DNA from: Octopus vulgaris
Taxonomy: Eukaryota
DNA length: 64,000 bases
Reading direction: 5' to 3'
NCBI GenBank assembly: GCA_951406725.2
Contig: OX597814.1
Span: 184,760,001-184,824,000 of the forward strand
Below, in pieces: positions 51,758 to 64,000 of this stretch. Each line of letters starts with the position of its first letter. Positions within the stretch are counted from its first letter, which is position 1. The position numbers and the translations under genes were made by a program. The notes below the pieces were generated by a model that ran no database searches, was not told where the DNA came from, and saw only the letters and a list, made by a program, of their open reading frames with translations.

Positions 51758-51820
51758 GAAAGTAGGTAGAATCAGGAGAAAAGGAGTAAGGAGGAGGAGG
51801 AGGAGGAGGAGGAGGGGACA
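51150..51820. repeat. (GAA/GGA)n polypurine tract
   Basis: Direct; source of the E/K-rich pseudo-ORF. Confidence 0.95.
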
Positions 51821-53216
51821 GAGGAATGTGACAACGTCGACAACAATGGAAGTTTTCTGATTTTGAGATTAGCAAAAAAATGTTTGCTTTTCTGTTTTCT
51901 GGACTGAACAAATTCGTATCAAAGACTGTCAATTTAATCCATGTACACCATCGGTCTCAGCCAAAGAATATTTTTGTATCGGCCGAAGATGAAGACAGTT
52001 GTGGGGGTGGGGTGGTGGTGGTTAGCAACCAAAAGATTGTTGGAGCGAAGTAGAACGAATCGTGAGGAAAATGTGTGTTCTTCATCTTCATCAGATCGAG
52101 ATAATATTTTGACATCCTACGCTCATGGAACTTATCCTCCGCCTTGCTTTCTCCATGCTTGAAAGCCTACAAATTGTATTTATCGCAGACACTAATGACC
52201 AAAGAGACTTTTCCTTCTAGATATGAGTATCAGGGCTTGCACCCATCCTCCACCGTCACCCAACGCACCTTGAGACGAATCGTCTCAAGTCTCCATCAGC
52301 GAACAGAAACGGAATGCAATGAGACAGACTACGTGTGTCCGTCGCGAAACACACGTCCACATCGTATCGTGGAAGTGGTGGGCGTGGCGTTTCGGTGAAT
52401 CCAGTTCGCAAATTAGTTTCGTCCCTAAAGCCCATCGAGAAGGCATGAATCTCAATCTCCCATCGCTTCCCCTTAGCTCCTCGAAAGTTCAATTAGCGGT
52501 TAATTGGCAGATAGTGCAAATAAAAATTCCAAGCTAAAGACGAAAAGCAGACAATCGATGTTTGACTTCATCTCACAGACTTACATTAGATAAGTAAGCC
52601 TGAAAATAAGAAGCCCTCGCCATCCAACATTTGTTTAACTGACGTGAAGGATGTACAGACGATTGTAAGCTGACTTCCCATTATCTACGTTAGTAGTTAT
52701 TAATACCTTCAACTATTTAGAAGGTCTGGAGAATCACCAGTCGTTATAACCCTCTTCCTTCCTTTTGCTTATACCGCCGACACCAAAAGTTACTCCACCA
52801 CCGTCACCACAGTCACCACAATCACCACCATCACCAGTAAGAAAGAACAACAACAACAATAGTGATCTTGTCTCTGTCAATAGTGGGGGGAACACCCGTG
52901 CTGGCAATAATAACATCATCCACTCGTCTCTATCACGCCGCTCCGTCACTATCCCCTGTATTCCAGTTTTACCACTAGCCATATCACTTTTATCAATATC
53001 CACCACCAAATCTACCACCGTTACCTCCACCATCGCAGTCGCCATCACCATCACCATCACCATCATCACTGACAGTGTCGTCGTCATCGTTGTCATCATT
53101 ATTATCACCGCCGTCACCACCACCACCGCCACTACGACGACCGCCACTACGACGACCACCACCACCACCATCATCATCACCATCATCATCACCATCATCA
53201 TCACCATCATCATCAC

Positions 53217-53285
<69 letters not shown>

Positions 53286-53619
53286 CATCAACACAAGCAC
53301 TCTCGTTCCAGTGTATTAGCGCCGCTAACTAGCAATCTTACTGCCTGTGCTTCCATCAGACTTTTCATTCAAATTCTCTAACGCAACCTCCTCCAGCCAC
53401 CCATCATCACAAACATCCTCCTACCTCACAAACCTTCAGAGTACTCGCCCACCTCTCACACACCCACCACCCCCAACTGTATACTGCCTAGCATCACTGC
53501 CGCCATTGCTAATTACATAACAAGAATTTTACAACTGCTACTAAAGTACCGCTTTACAAGAAACACATTTGGGATAACGCCGATGCCAACCATCGCCAAC
53601 ACGATGTTATTCATTTTGT

Positions 53620-53640
53620 TATATACATATATATGTATGA

Positions 53641-53736
<96 letters not shown>

Positions 53737-53952
53737 TTATATGTATATATGTATGAATATATATATCTATATATGTATATATATATATATATATATTTAT
53801 ATACATACATATATATATATACATGCATACATACATACATATATATATACATGCATGTATATATATATATATATATATATACATGCATATATATATACAT
53901 GTATATATATATACATACGCATGCATATATATACATGTACATATATATATAC

Positions 53953-54003
<51 letters not shown>

Positions 54004-54034
54004 CACATGTATATATAAACATGTTATAATAATG

Positions 54035-54111
<77 letters not shown>

Positions 54112-54115
54112 CATG
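53620..54115. repeat. (TA)n and (ATT)n tracts
   Basis: Direct. Confidence 0.95.
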
Positions 54116-55295
54116 TTATTGTTTTTTCTGTTTTCATTCTTCCATCTTACATCTAACTGAAGCCAGGAAGTAAAGTATGGCTCCAAAAGCAACTCGTTAC
54201 TGTTCCCCTTCAAAAGCGGTGAAATTTTTTTTCTGCTGTTTTTAGTATTGTTGTTGTTGTTGTTTCTTTGATGCCATTTATGTTGTTCTTGTTCTCGTTG
54301 TTGCTGTTCCTGCCGCTGTTGTTATTCATAGCCAAAAAAAAAAAAATAATAATAATAATAATAATACCTAAATAAAAAGGATCCGCCAACGCTATTCGGA
54401 AAAAACTCTTGGATGCTCTAAATTAAGTAGTATAGCTTCCGAACTCTTTTCATTCATTCTTGAAGATTTTTTCCCCCACTTTTCTTTTCTTTTGTTGCTG
54501 CTGTATGAATCGTTATTGACATAACTGACACCCAACGGGAAGTATTTTCAGTTGTATGTGCTATCGTATTACGAAGACGGATCATGAGAGCATGCGAAAT
54601 GTAATTGATAATGTTTGAGTCTTGAATCCACAAAATGTCGGTTTTTAATTTTCGCCACGATGCAAGCGAAGAAACTGGTGCCTGTAATTGTCTGACTCAA
54701 TACACAATCCCCACAACATATGTGATTCAGAGAACTGCACCAGGTGCAATGCAATCTAAAGCGAATTCAGTATAAATCTAGTCTCAGTGATACACGATCA
54801 TTCAAACACCCCCAAAACATTCGCTAAAATCGTTTAGCATTCTCTAACTACCTAATTAGAAATCTCTGATTAGGTACTGGATTACCATATCATATAGCAT
54901 TTACTCAGTATTTAGTTTATATATTTCTGATTTCCTTGCATCATAAATCACATACTTCGATTTTTATATCTGAACATACGTTTCCATATTTTACTCCAGA
55001 ATTTAGATATTCACTGCGCAGTCTTCTACGTATTTTTCCCCGATTCTACATTAAAATGGTAGATATTTATGTAGTAATATGGTGTTAAATTAACAACGAA
55101 ATAACAGTAGATTTCTATTTTGTGGCTTTTGTTTCCGAAGTGAAAACTGTCGGTAGACCAATAGCTTGGGATTTTAATGATGAGAGCGGATTCTAGACCA
55201 CTAGTGTTAGCTATCAATTCATGAGGATAAGTATTTAAATTTAAACGGATTATCATAAGTCGGGAGTGGCTGTGTGGCAAGAAGCTTGCTTCCTG

Positions 55296-56158
55296 CGCAT
55301 GCGTTGGTCAGTGTTTTCTTTGCACTGCTAAGAGTCACGTTGCTGTACTATACCAACGTCGTGAATTATTGAAAAAGTGAATCACAACTACCAGGTGAGA
55401 CATTTGTTTTTTGGGAATTCAGTGGGGTTTTGTTGCTCGTGTTTATGTTTGTCGAACAAGAAACCTTCACTGAGTTCCACGCATTTGTCTGCCTGTGGTT
55501 GTGTTTAAAGTCACACTTAGCGGTGAGAAGTGTGATTTGGGGGCGTATCCCTCCCCCTAAAATTGTGCGTAATTTTTACAATTTTTATGTGACTGCTTTG
55601 TGCTCTTGCCAGGAGGAGTACCAAGTCACCAGGAGTACCAAGACCGCCAGAAGAATTTGCTGTGTTTTTTAGGACTTCCTCCCTGTATTTTTTTTTTTTT
55701 TTCACTCTGTGAACTTTTGTTTTTTGTGGACTTTTAAAAAAAAAAAACATAGCAAAGAAGACAAATAACACTGTATTGGAGTGGGAGACTGTCCCACCCA
55801 AACAGTGGATGAAAGACTTTGAAGAGAGGACGGTGGTGCTGCGAACGTACTCCAAGTCGCTCGACACCATCGCCCTCTTTCAAAAGACTGAAATTGAGAA
55901 AGAGTTGGCAGAATATTTGCCAACTATTAAATTCATCTTCAGTGGGGTCAAATATGCAACGGTGTGGTTGCTATTTGACACCCCTGAGGAGGCTCGCAAA
56001 TTTGCTAGCCAGTCATTGGAGGGCAAAGAGATTTTGTTTCTTCCTACGTATTGTGGAAAGAAGTTGACATACCGTGGGTCTGCGGGTTGCCACCCGGGAT
56101 AGGACCCGAGTGGATAGAGGACACTATCCACCGGGGTATGGGTGGCAGCGGAGCGAAG
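55296..56158 (+). mobile_element. L1/Tx1-like LINE 5' fragment (5' UTR plus N-terminal ORF1 with RRM-like domain)
   Basis: 55749-56120 translates as KKTNNTVLEWETVPPKQWMKDFEERTVVLRTY...VWLLFDTPEEARKFASQSL...FLPTYCGKKLT, then after a frameshift VRVCGLPPGIGPEWI, resembling RRM-type LINE ORF1; probable start codon decayed. Confidence 0.6.
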
Positions 56159-56244
56159 CTCAGAGTTTCACGTTCCCGTTCATCGGACAGGTTTTGTTAA
56201 TGTTAGCAAAATTTGTCCCATGAACGGGAACGTGAAACCCTGAG
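56159..56244. repeat. 86-bp hairpin (42-bp arms, 2-nt loop)
   Basis: ctcagagtttcacgttcccgttcatcggacaggttttgttaa-tg-ttagcaaaatttgtcccatgaacgggaacgtgaaaccctgag. Confidence 0.9.
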
Positions 56245-56437
56245 TAACAACTTTTGTTATATTTTTGGTGCTTTTAAATAAAGCATATTACTCTACCTCT
56301 GGTATTTCAGTACTCTTTTTCACCACATTGTTTCACATTTATGTGCTTACTCCGGTATACAACTGGGATCGATCTAATCGACTGGCCCGCTCCCCCAAAA
56401 TTTCGAGCCTTGTGCCTAGATTAGAAAAGAATATTGA

Positions 56438-56541
<104 letters not shown>

Positions 56542-56679
56542 TCTCTCCTCAAACATTCATTAAGAACGTCTATAACATCACTAAAACTGCAAATCAACGC
56601 TCGACTTCCTCATCTGGGAGAAACGTGTATTCAATTCATATTACCTTCTACAGAGGATAGATATAACTTGATTAGCTTA

Positions 56680-56827
56680 ATACAGTTCTATATTTAAGAG
56701 ATGAGGAATTATGTACATTATTTACATTATTTACATTTGGCGGATATTTGTCCTCATCTTGTTTGTTGTTAACACAACAAACAAGATGAGGACAAATATC
56801 GGTCAAATGTAAATAATGTAAACAATG
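56680..56827. mobile_element. 148-bp fold-back element with 12-bp TSD
   Basis: Arms 56721-56769 and 56774-56822; ttgattagctta at 56668-56679 and 56828-56839. Confidence 0.8.
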
Positions 56828-57103
56828 TTGATTAGCTTATTTCACAAATATCTGGATCAGTGCAGCTGGTGCTTCATAAGCAATGTACAACGGAAAACCA
56901 TTATAGTCATCACCATCATCATCGTCGTCGTCGCCATCATCATTACCACCAGCATCATCTTCCTCACGTCTATCATCAGCATTATCATAAACAATTTAAG
57001 AATTCCCCCTCATCCTCAACATAATCAATATAACAATCGACATAATCTTCAACGCTATTACTAACCAAAAGCGCCCGTCATCACCGTCACCATTACAGAA
57101 AAG

Positions 57104-57325
57104 ATCATCACCATCATCATCATCATCATCACCATCATCATCACCACCACCACCGCCACCACCACCACCACCACCACCACCACCACCACTATCACCACCA
57201 CCACCACCACCACCATCACCATCACCACCACCACTATCATCATCACCACCGTCATCATCATCACCACCATCACCACCACCACCACCACCACCACCATCAC
57301 CACCACCACTATCATCATCACCACC

Positions 57326-57357
<32 letters not shown>

Positions 57358-57632
57358 CACCACCACCACCACAACCACCACCACCACCATCACCATCACC
57401 ACCACCACTATCATCGTCATCACCACCATCATCATCATCACCATCAACACCATCAACACCACCACCATCACCATAGCCACCACCACCTCCACGACCACCA
57501 TCACCACCACCACTATCATCATCACCACCATCATCATCATCACCATCAACACCATCAACACCACCACCATCACCATAGCCACCACCACCTCCACGACCAC
57601 CATCACCACCACCACCATCATCATCATCATTT
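57104..57632. repeat. (CAC/CAT)n tract with higher-order internal duplication
   Basis: caccatagccaccaccacctccacgaccacc occurs twice. Confidence 0.9.
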
Positions 57633-57869
57633 GTTGAAGTATTTTTTGCAACGGACGCATTAATTTATACACGCATGTACTTACTATGTATGTATGTATG
57701 TATGTATGTATGTATATATGTATGTATGTATGTATGTATGTCTGTACGCACGTATGTTCGTATGTATATTATCTTTTATAAGTATATGAATTCTTCCTGT
57801 AAACACGACGCTACTCCTTATATCGCTGGACCGTTTTTAACAACAATGGATGAGATGTTACATGTTGAA

Positions 57870-59400
57870 TTTCCTAATAGTCTTGCGTGTGTTTTACCGT
57901 TCCGCTTGAAGATTATATTATCACAGTGAATTAGTTGTTAGCTTCCTAGTCTGAAGCTCACCGTTTTCGGGATTATAACTTTGTCATTTATTATTAACAC
58001 AAATAATTAGAGGCACAAATTTCAATTTAATAATCCGGGTATAAGTTCCAAGTACCGTAGCATGTATCCTTAAATCCTCTCTTTCTCGCTGACTTCGAAA
58101 CATATGTTCACATCTGAAGTGCAGCTGACCTTTATAACGGTACCTACTTTTTCCTTCCTGTCGAAAGCAACTACATTAGGAATGTAGTATTCGTATTTGG
58201 CGAAGATTTAATGAGAATAAGGCGTAGGAGTGGCTGTGTGGTAAGTAGCTTGCTTACCAACCACATGGTTCCGGGTTCAGTCCCACTACGTGGCACCTTG
58301 GGCAAGTGTCTTCTACTATAGCCCCGGGCCGAACATATCCTTGTGAGTGGATTTGGTAGACGGAAACTGAAAGAAGCCCGTTGTATATATATGTATGTAT
58401 GTATGTATATATATATATATATTATAATAAATTAGAGACAAAACCACTATTAGGCAAATCAAACAATGAAAAACTTAAGCCAATACATATGATTATTTAA
58501 TTTATATTATTTAAATATATAACAAAATTATTTAAAAAATATAATTAATATATATATATGTATGCGTGTGTATGTGTGTGTGTGTGTGTGCTTGTGTGTC
58601 TGCGTTTGTCCCCACCAACATCGCTTGACAACCGATGCTGGTGTGTTTACGTCACCATAACTTAGCGGGTCGGCAAAAGAGACCGATAGAATAAGTACTA
58701 GGCTTACAAAGAATAAGTCCTGGGGTCAATATGCCCGACTAAAGGCGGTGCTCCAGCATGGCTGCAGTCAAATGACTGAACAAGTAAAAGAGTAAATATT
58801 CGTTGTGTCGAAATGTATTTACTCAACAACAAAAATAAATATATTCTATAATTACCCCAGACCAAGCTTTCCTCGGATGGCCTTGAATATTCTTTTAGAA
58901 ACATCATGCTATATTGGAAAGGAGTATATTTATGATATCTTTTCGTAGCATCTGGAAAGATATAATCTATTGCATTCTGAAGTTTTAAGGACTTTCCGTC
59001 TGTTTTATACATGTTATTCTGAATTCGAATACCAAAAGTGTATCCTACAAAATGTCACATATGTAACAATCCCAAATCTAAGAAAGTTATACTTCCTGTC
59101 AGGGTAAACACTATCCTCAAACTATGCATACCCGTAGCATGTTGTTCTCTTCAAATTTGTGCGCTTGCTTGATATATTCGTTTTAGCTCCAGTGTTTAAC
59201 AGATGCGGTTTGAGTGACACCATAACAATTAAAGGCTGTTCATACCAATCTCTCCTTCCGCTTAGTATCTAAACCTTGCAATTGATATCGCAGTACTGCA
59301 GATTTTCATATCTATGGGGTAGATTTCCTCTACAGAACATTCAAATCTTGGTACCGATATTGGTACCTTCTTATATTTATTTATTTTTGCTTTTTGATGT
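57870..59400 (-). pseudogene. Decayed RLE-type LINE 3' region interrupted by a family-B SINE
   Basis: Minus strand IPNVVAFDRKEKVGTVIKVSCTSDVNICFEVSEKE...NLYPDY (58200-58020) and, beyond the SINE, SRCYEKIS*IYSFPI*HDVSKRIFKAIRGK resemble the RLE and CCHC regions of R4/Dong-like ORFs. Confidence 0.5.
58219..58796 (+). mobile_element. SINE family B with ~120-bp insert in its internal TA tract
   Basis: Family-B halves flank 58425-58550. Confidence 0.9.
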
Positions 59401-59473
59401 TCATACAGTTTTTCTTTATTTTATCGAAATGGTTTTTAAATCTCCGAGAAAGAGTTCTATTTATGTAGATATT

Positions 59474-60192
59474 TATTTCTTTTCTACCCACAAGGGGCTA
59501 AACACAGAGAGAACAAACAAGGACAGAAAACGGATTAAGTCGATTATACCGACCCCAGTGCGTAACTGGTACTTATTTAATCGACCCCGAAAGGATGAAA
59601 TGTAAAGTCGACCTCGGCGGAATTTGAACTCGGAACATAACGGCAGACGAAATACTGTTAAGCATTTCGCCCGGCGTGCTAACGTTTCTGCCAGCTCGCC
59701 GCCTTTTTGTAGATTTATGTAGATATTGTTTTACATCATCCGCCATAAATACAATTTATGAGTTAGAGACAAAAGTCAGGGCTTCGAGTTTTGGCACGAA
59801 GCGAGCAATTTCGGGGCAGGGATTAATCGATTATATCGACACCAGAGCTCAACTGGTACTTATTTTCTCGTCAAGGAAAGGATCTAAGACAAAGTCGACT
59901 TGAGCGGAATTTGAACTCAGAACATAAAGGCGGACTAAATGTCGCTGAGCATTTTCCCCGGTGTGCTTAACGATTCTCACAGCTCGCCGCCCTAAGTTTG
60001 ATTAATATTGATTTGTAGATTTAGCGGTATTTCGCCTGTCCTCACGTTCTGAGTTCAAATTCCACCGAAGTTGATTTTGCCTTTCATCCTTTCGGGGTCG
60101 ATAAATTAAGTACCACTTGTGAACTGGGATCGATCTAATCGACTGGCCCGCTCCCCCAAAATTTCGAGCTTTGTGCCTAGATTAGAAAAGAT
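59474..60192. mobile_element. Three family-A SINEs: 59474-59703 (-, A1), 59790-59991 (-, A3), 60021-60192 (+, A2)
   Basis: Family-A cores with three different tails. Confidence 0.88.
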
Positions 60193-61404
60193 TAGAAATT
60201 TGTGGATATAGCGCTTTTCCACTGGCAACATTTTTCACTCAACGTCATAAGTTCATTTTTTCTTTTAAATCTATACACCTCAATAATTTGGAGTGAAGGT
60301 ACTCTTTATGTTTTACACAATGTCTGTATCAAGTATAAACGTATCATGTATAAATGTTTATGTCCATGTATGTATTAAGTATAAATCCAAATATGTATTA
60401 TGTATAAATATGTATATGCATTCTCCCCGTTCATTGGCTGTTCGCCTTAAAGGCAAGGGAGAGAATCGTCATGATAGACACCAGTTATTTTTCTCCTGTC
60501 AGAGAATGGAATAAATAGTATCTTTATGTATTTATTTGATTAAATTTCTCTTAATTTTTATTTTATTCATAGTGTTTACCGTATTTATATGTACACATAT
60601 GCATGTATTATATATAAATCTATACATATAAATATGTATATATGTATATATAAATCTTTGTATGTATGTAATATATATATATATATATGTATGTTATGTA
60701 TGTATGTATCAAGGTATGTACGTATGTATGTCTATATGTGTATATGTTCCATTCAACATTTATCAGATATTATCAATCTTCTGCCCCCACCCTGGGACCA
60801 GTAGCATATGGAGACGGGTGATTGAATGAGAAGAATTTCGTTCAAGTCATTATTGTATCGTGTGTGTGTATGTGTGTGGGGGGTAATAACGCTGATGGTT
60901 GCCGCGGTGTTGGTGATGCCGGCGGTGACGGCAGCGCCCGTGGTAGCGGTGGCGGTAGTAGCGGTGTGGTGGTGGTGGTGGTGGTGGCGTTGGAAGTAGC
61001 GCTGGCTGTTGAAATAATAGTGTCGTTGCTGCAGTTGTTATTGTTGATATTGCTGTTCTTGGCGGTGGTGGTGGTGGTGGTGGCGATAGCGGGGGTGGTG
61101 GTGCGGTGGTTGTGGTGGCGGAGGTTATGGTGGTGTCGGTGGTGACTGTATTACTGATAGGACTCCTAATTACTTGATCAAGAAAGCGTTGGACGTGACG
61201 GTGGCAGTAATAGTCATGCTATAGAGATAGGGCAGATGGACGTGATGACGGTGATATGACATTCGGATGGATAGTGGTGGTGGTGGTGGTGGGGGGCGTT
61301 GGTAGCAATGGCTGCGACTACGCCGTTCGTAGGTAAACTGTTGTTTATAGTTGTTACAGTGATGGCGTAGGTGTTTATGGCGGTCATGATGGTTATAGTG
61401 ACCG

Positions 61405-61546
61405 TCATGTGGATGATGATAGTGCTGGTAATAAAGATGATGAGGGTGGTGATGATGATGATGACGACGACGTCAATGCTGATGATGATAACGATGATGA
61501 TGATGATGATGATGACGACGACGACGTCAATGCTGATGATGATAAC

Positions 61547-61582
<36 letters not shown>

Positions 61583-61636
61583 AACGATGATGATGATGAT
61601 GATGGTGATGGTGATGATGATGATGATGGTGATGAG
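61405..61636. repeat. (GAT)n tract
   Basis: Direct. Confidence 0.95.
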
Positions 61637-61686
61637 GATTCAGTGTATCTGTCAATGTGTGCTTGTGTATAGGCGCACGTATACAC

Positions 61687-61717
<31 letters not shown>

Positions 61718-61863
61718 GTATACATATCTGTTTGTAGATCTGTCTCGCATTCTCTTTCTCTTTCTTTCTCTGTGTATTTGTTAATCTATGCATCTCTATC
61801 ACCCTCTCACTTTCTCTCTCCTCTCTTTTTCTCTCTCCTCTCTTTTTCTCTCTCTCTCTATAG

Positions 61864-61909
<46 letters not shown>

Positions 61910-61982
61910 GTACATACATACATACATACATACATACATACATACATACATACATACATACATACATACATACATACATACA

Positions 61983-62013
<31 letters not shown>

Positions 62014-62032
62014 TGCATATTCATATATATAT

Positions 62033-62260
62033 ATTTCTTTACTACACACAAGGGGCTAAACACAGAGAGGACAAACAAGGACAGACAAACGGATTAAGTC
62101 GATTACATCGACCCCAGTGCGTAACTGGTACTTAAATTATCGACCCCGAAAGGATGAAAGGCAAAGTCGACCTCGGCGGAATTTGAACTCAGAACGTAAC
62201 GGCAGACGAAATACTGCTAAGCATTTCGCCCGGCGTGCTAACGTTTCTGCCAGCTCGCCG
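62033..62260 (-). mobile_element. SINE family A (A1), full length, near consensus
   Basis: Family-A consensus in reverse complement. Confidence 0.92.
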
Positions 62261-62669
62261 TGATTATTCATATATATAACATATACTTGCATATACATAA
62301 ACATATCTATTTGCATATAATATGCACGAAACCGCGATTTTTTTCTAATTCTTTCTGTTTGTGCTTTTGAGACATAGAAGTAGAAACCAAAGTTTTTTTA
62401 GTATTTGGTAACGAACATGGGAAAATCAAACCCTGATGTATGTATACAGCCACAGTTAGGGTTAGAGGCAGCGGTGGTAGTGATGCTGGTGATGGTGGTG
62501 GTGGTGGTGGTGGTGGGAAGAACCCCACCCTTCCACCTTGTCGATGAGGTAGTACGATTTTGGGAGGCTTTTTGTACGTAGCCATTATTATGGGCAATAC
62601 GGTGTGTTGTGTGTTTGTTTGTTGTACGCAGTGAGATGTCATATGGTGTAGTGAAACGAGAGGAAATAA

Positions 62670-62737
62670 TGGTGGCGACGGCGGTGGTAGTGGTGGTGGA
62701 TGGCAATGGTGGTGATGCTGGCGGTGGTGGTGGTGGT

Positions 62738-62769
<32 letters not shown>

Positions 62770-62968
62770 TGGTGGTGGTGGTGGTGGTGGCGGCGGCGGC
62801 GGTGGTGGTGGCGGTGGTAGCGGCGCTTGTGGTGGGGGTGCTGGTGGTTGTGGTGGTGGTGTTGATGTTGGTGGTGGGGTAGTGGTGGCAGTGGTGGTAG
62901 TGTTGGTGGTGGTGCTGGTGATGGAGGCGGTGGTGGTGGCGGCGGCGATGGTGGTGATGTTGTTGTTG

Positions 62969-62999
<31 letters not shown>

Positions 63000-63070
63000 G
63001 GTGGTGGTGGCGGAGGCGGCAGCAGTGGAGGCGGCGACGGCAATTTCGGTGCTAGTAGTGGTGGTGACGG
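62670..63070. repeat. (GGT/GGC)n G-rich tract
   Basis: Direct. Confidence 0.9.
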
Positions 63071-63489
63071 TGTTATTATTGGAAGTGGAGGCTAGGGTTG
63101 TCATCCTTGAATTATGCCAGTCCTCTGAATTGACATCAACTACACCGTTAGAAACTTGATATTGGCTCGACAGCAATTAAACCAATGATTAAAACAGCAG
63201 AAGCGGTAATGAGGGGAGGGTAAGAGAGTAATGTGCGTCTATTGGGTGGAGGAGAGGCAGTGAGGGCGGAGATGGCGTTGGAAGTGGAATAACTGTTGTC
63301 ATTGTCGCTGATGTCGTTCTGGTTATATTATAATCTCTACTACTGTTAATATTACAAAGTATTGAACGCATATATTCATGTGTGTGTGTGTGCGCGTGTG
63401 TATGCGTGCGTGTTTGCATGCATGTGTGTGTGTGTTCACGCATGAATGTATTCCCGCATACACTTACATATGCGTATATATATATATAT

Positions 63490-63700
63490 CGCCATTATGA
63501 TTCGCTAGCTTCTGCACGCCTTTTTTTTTTCTCTCCTTGTTTCTCTCCATGTTTCTTTTCTGTGTATCTTTCTGTTGAAGAGCGTAGGCTCGAAACGTAA
63601 AAGACTTGTTTTATTTATATTCCTGAGCGCCATACTAATACAATTGTTTGTTTGTATTCCACCCGCCTTCGTCTTTTGTTTATTTTCATAAAGCTCCCCG

Positions 63701-63701
<1 letters not shown>
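63490..63701 (+). mobile_element. TA-flanked PLE-like mini element with hammerhead motif (63567-63604)
   Basis: tcttt-CTGTTGA-a-GAGC gtag GCTC-GAAA-cg-TA-aaaga: 5-bp stem I, 4-bp stem II, minimal stem III. Confidence 0.72.
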
Positions 63702-63736
<35 letters not shown>

Positions 63737-63882
63737 GCACACAGACAGACATACTTAAATACATGCACACATACATAATTAGGTATATATATATAGAGAG
63801 AGAGACATGTGCATGCACACATATAAAGGTATACATATATACATATATGAATATACGTAAATGCATATATACATATATATAT

Positions 63883-63999
63883 AGTGTGCGATGTTCTTTC
63901 TCTGTCTTCTCTTCTTTGGCCTTTTTCCATATTTCTGATGAAGAGCTCTGCTCGAAACGTGAAATCCTCATTCTTTTCTTTCCTTTCCTGAGCGTCCAA
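63883..63999 (+). mobile_element. PLE-like mini element with hammerhead motif (63931-63965), runs off the window
   Basis: attt-CTGATGA-a-GAGC tct GCTC-GAAA-cg-TG-aaat; homologous to 14306-14506. Confidence 0.72.
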
Positions 64000-64000
64000 T

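Noticed and set aside
51151-51759. 202-aa Glu/Lys-rich ORF
   Set aside because: It is a GAA/GGA polypurine repeat with a non-ATG start.
52765-53319. 184-aa Pro/Thr/Ile-rich ORF
   Set aside because: It is a decayed CAC/CAT microsatellite with no domain.
62307-63176. 289-aa low-complexity ORF as a host exon
   Set aside because: Mostly GGT/GGC repeats open in several frames, with a non-ATG start and no recognisable domain or splice sites; RNA-seq would be needed to exclude it fully.

Overview
This is AT-rich eukaryotic non-genic (intronic or intergenic) DNA, dense in microsatellites and short retroposons. The repeat repertoire fits a coleoid cephalopod such as Octopus, which is an inference from recognising the SINE families. 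I can support no intact host protein-coding gene; almost all listed ORFs are translations of simple repeats or SINEs. Recognisable content: many copies of several tRNA-headed SINE families (my labels A-F), a 398-bp non-autonomous Helitron, a tRNA-Glu pseudogene, and a pogo-type transposon relic with a Brinker-like DNA-binding domain. There are also three to four relics of R4/Dong-type LINEs with restriction-like endonuclease, an RTE relic, an L1/Tx1 ORF1 fragment and a decayed Penelope-like (PLE) RT/GIY-YIG ORF. The most interesting signal is a set of short, mostly (TA)n-associated elements from several unrelated families carrying minimal hammerhead-ribozyme motifs (CUGANGA...GAAA). Several related-looking elements are fold-back palindromes; one has a hammerhead at its apex and the others have only a 2-4-nt loop. 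All coordinates and alignments were read by eye, so ends of degenerate copies are approximate.
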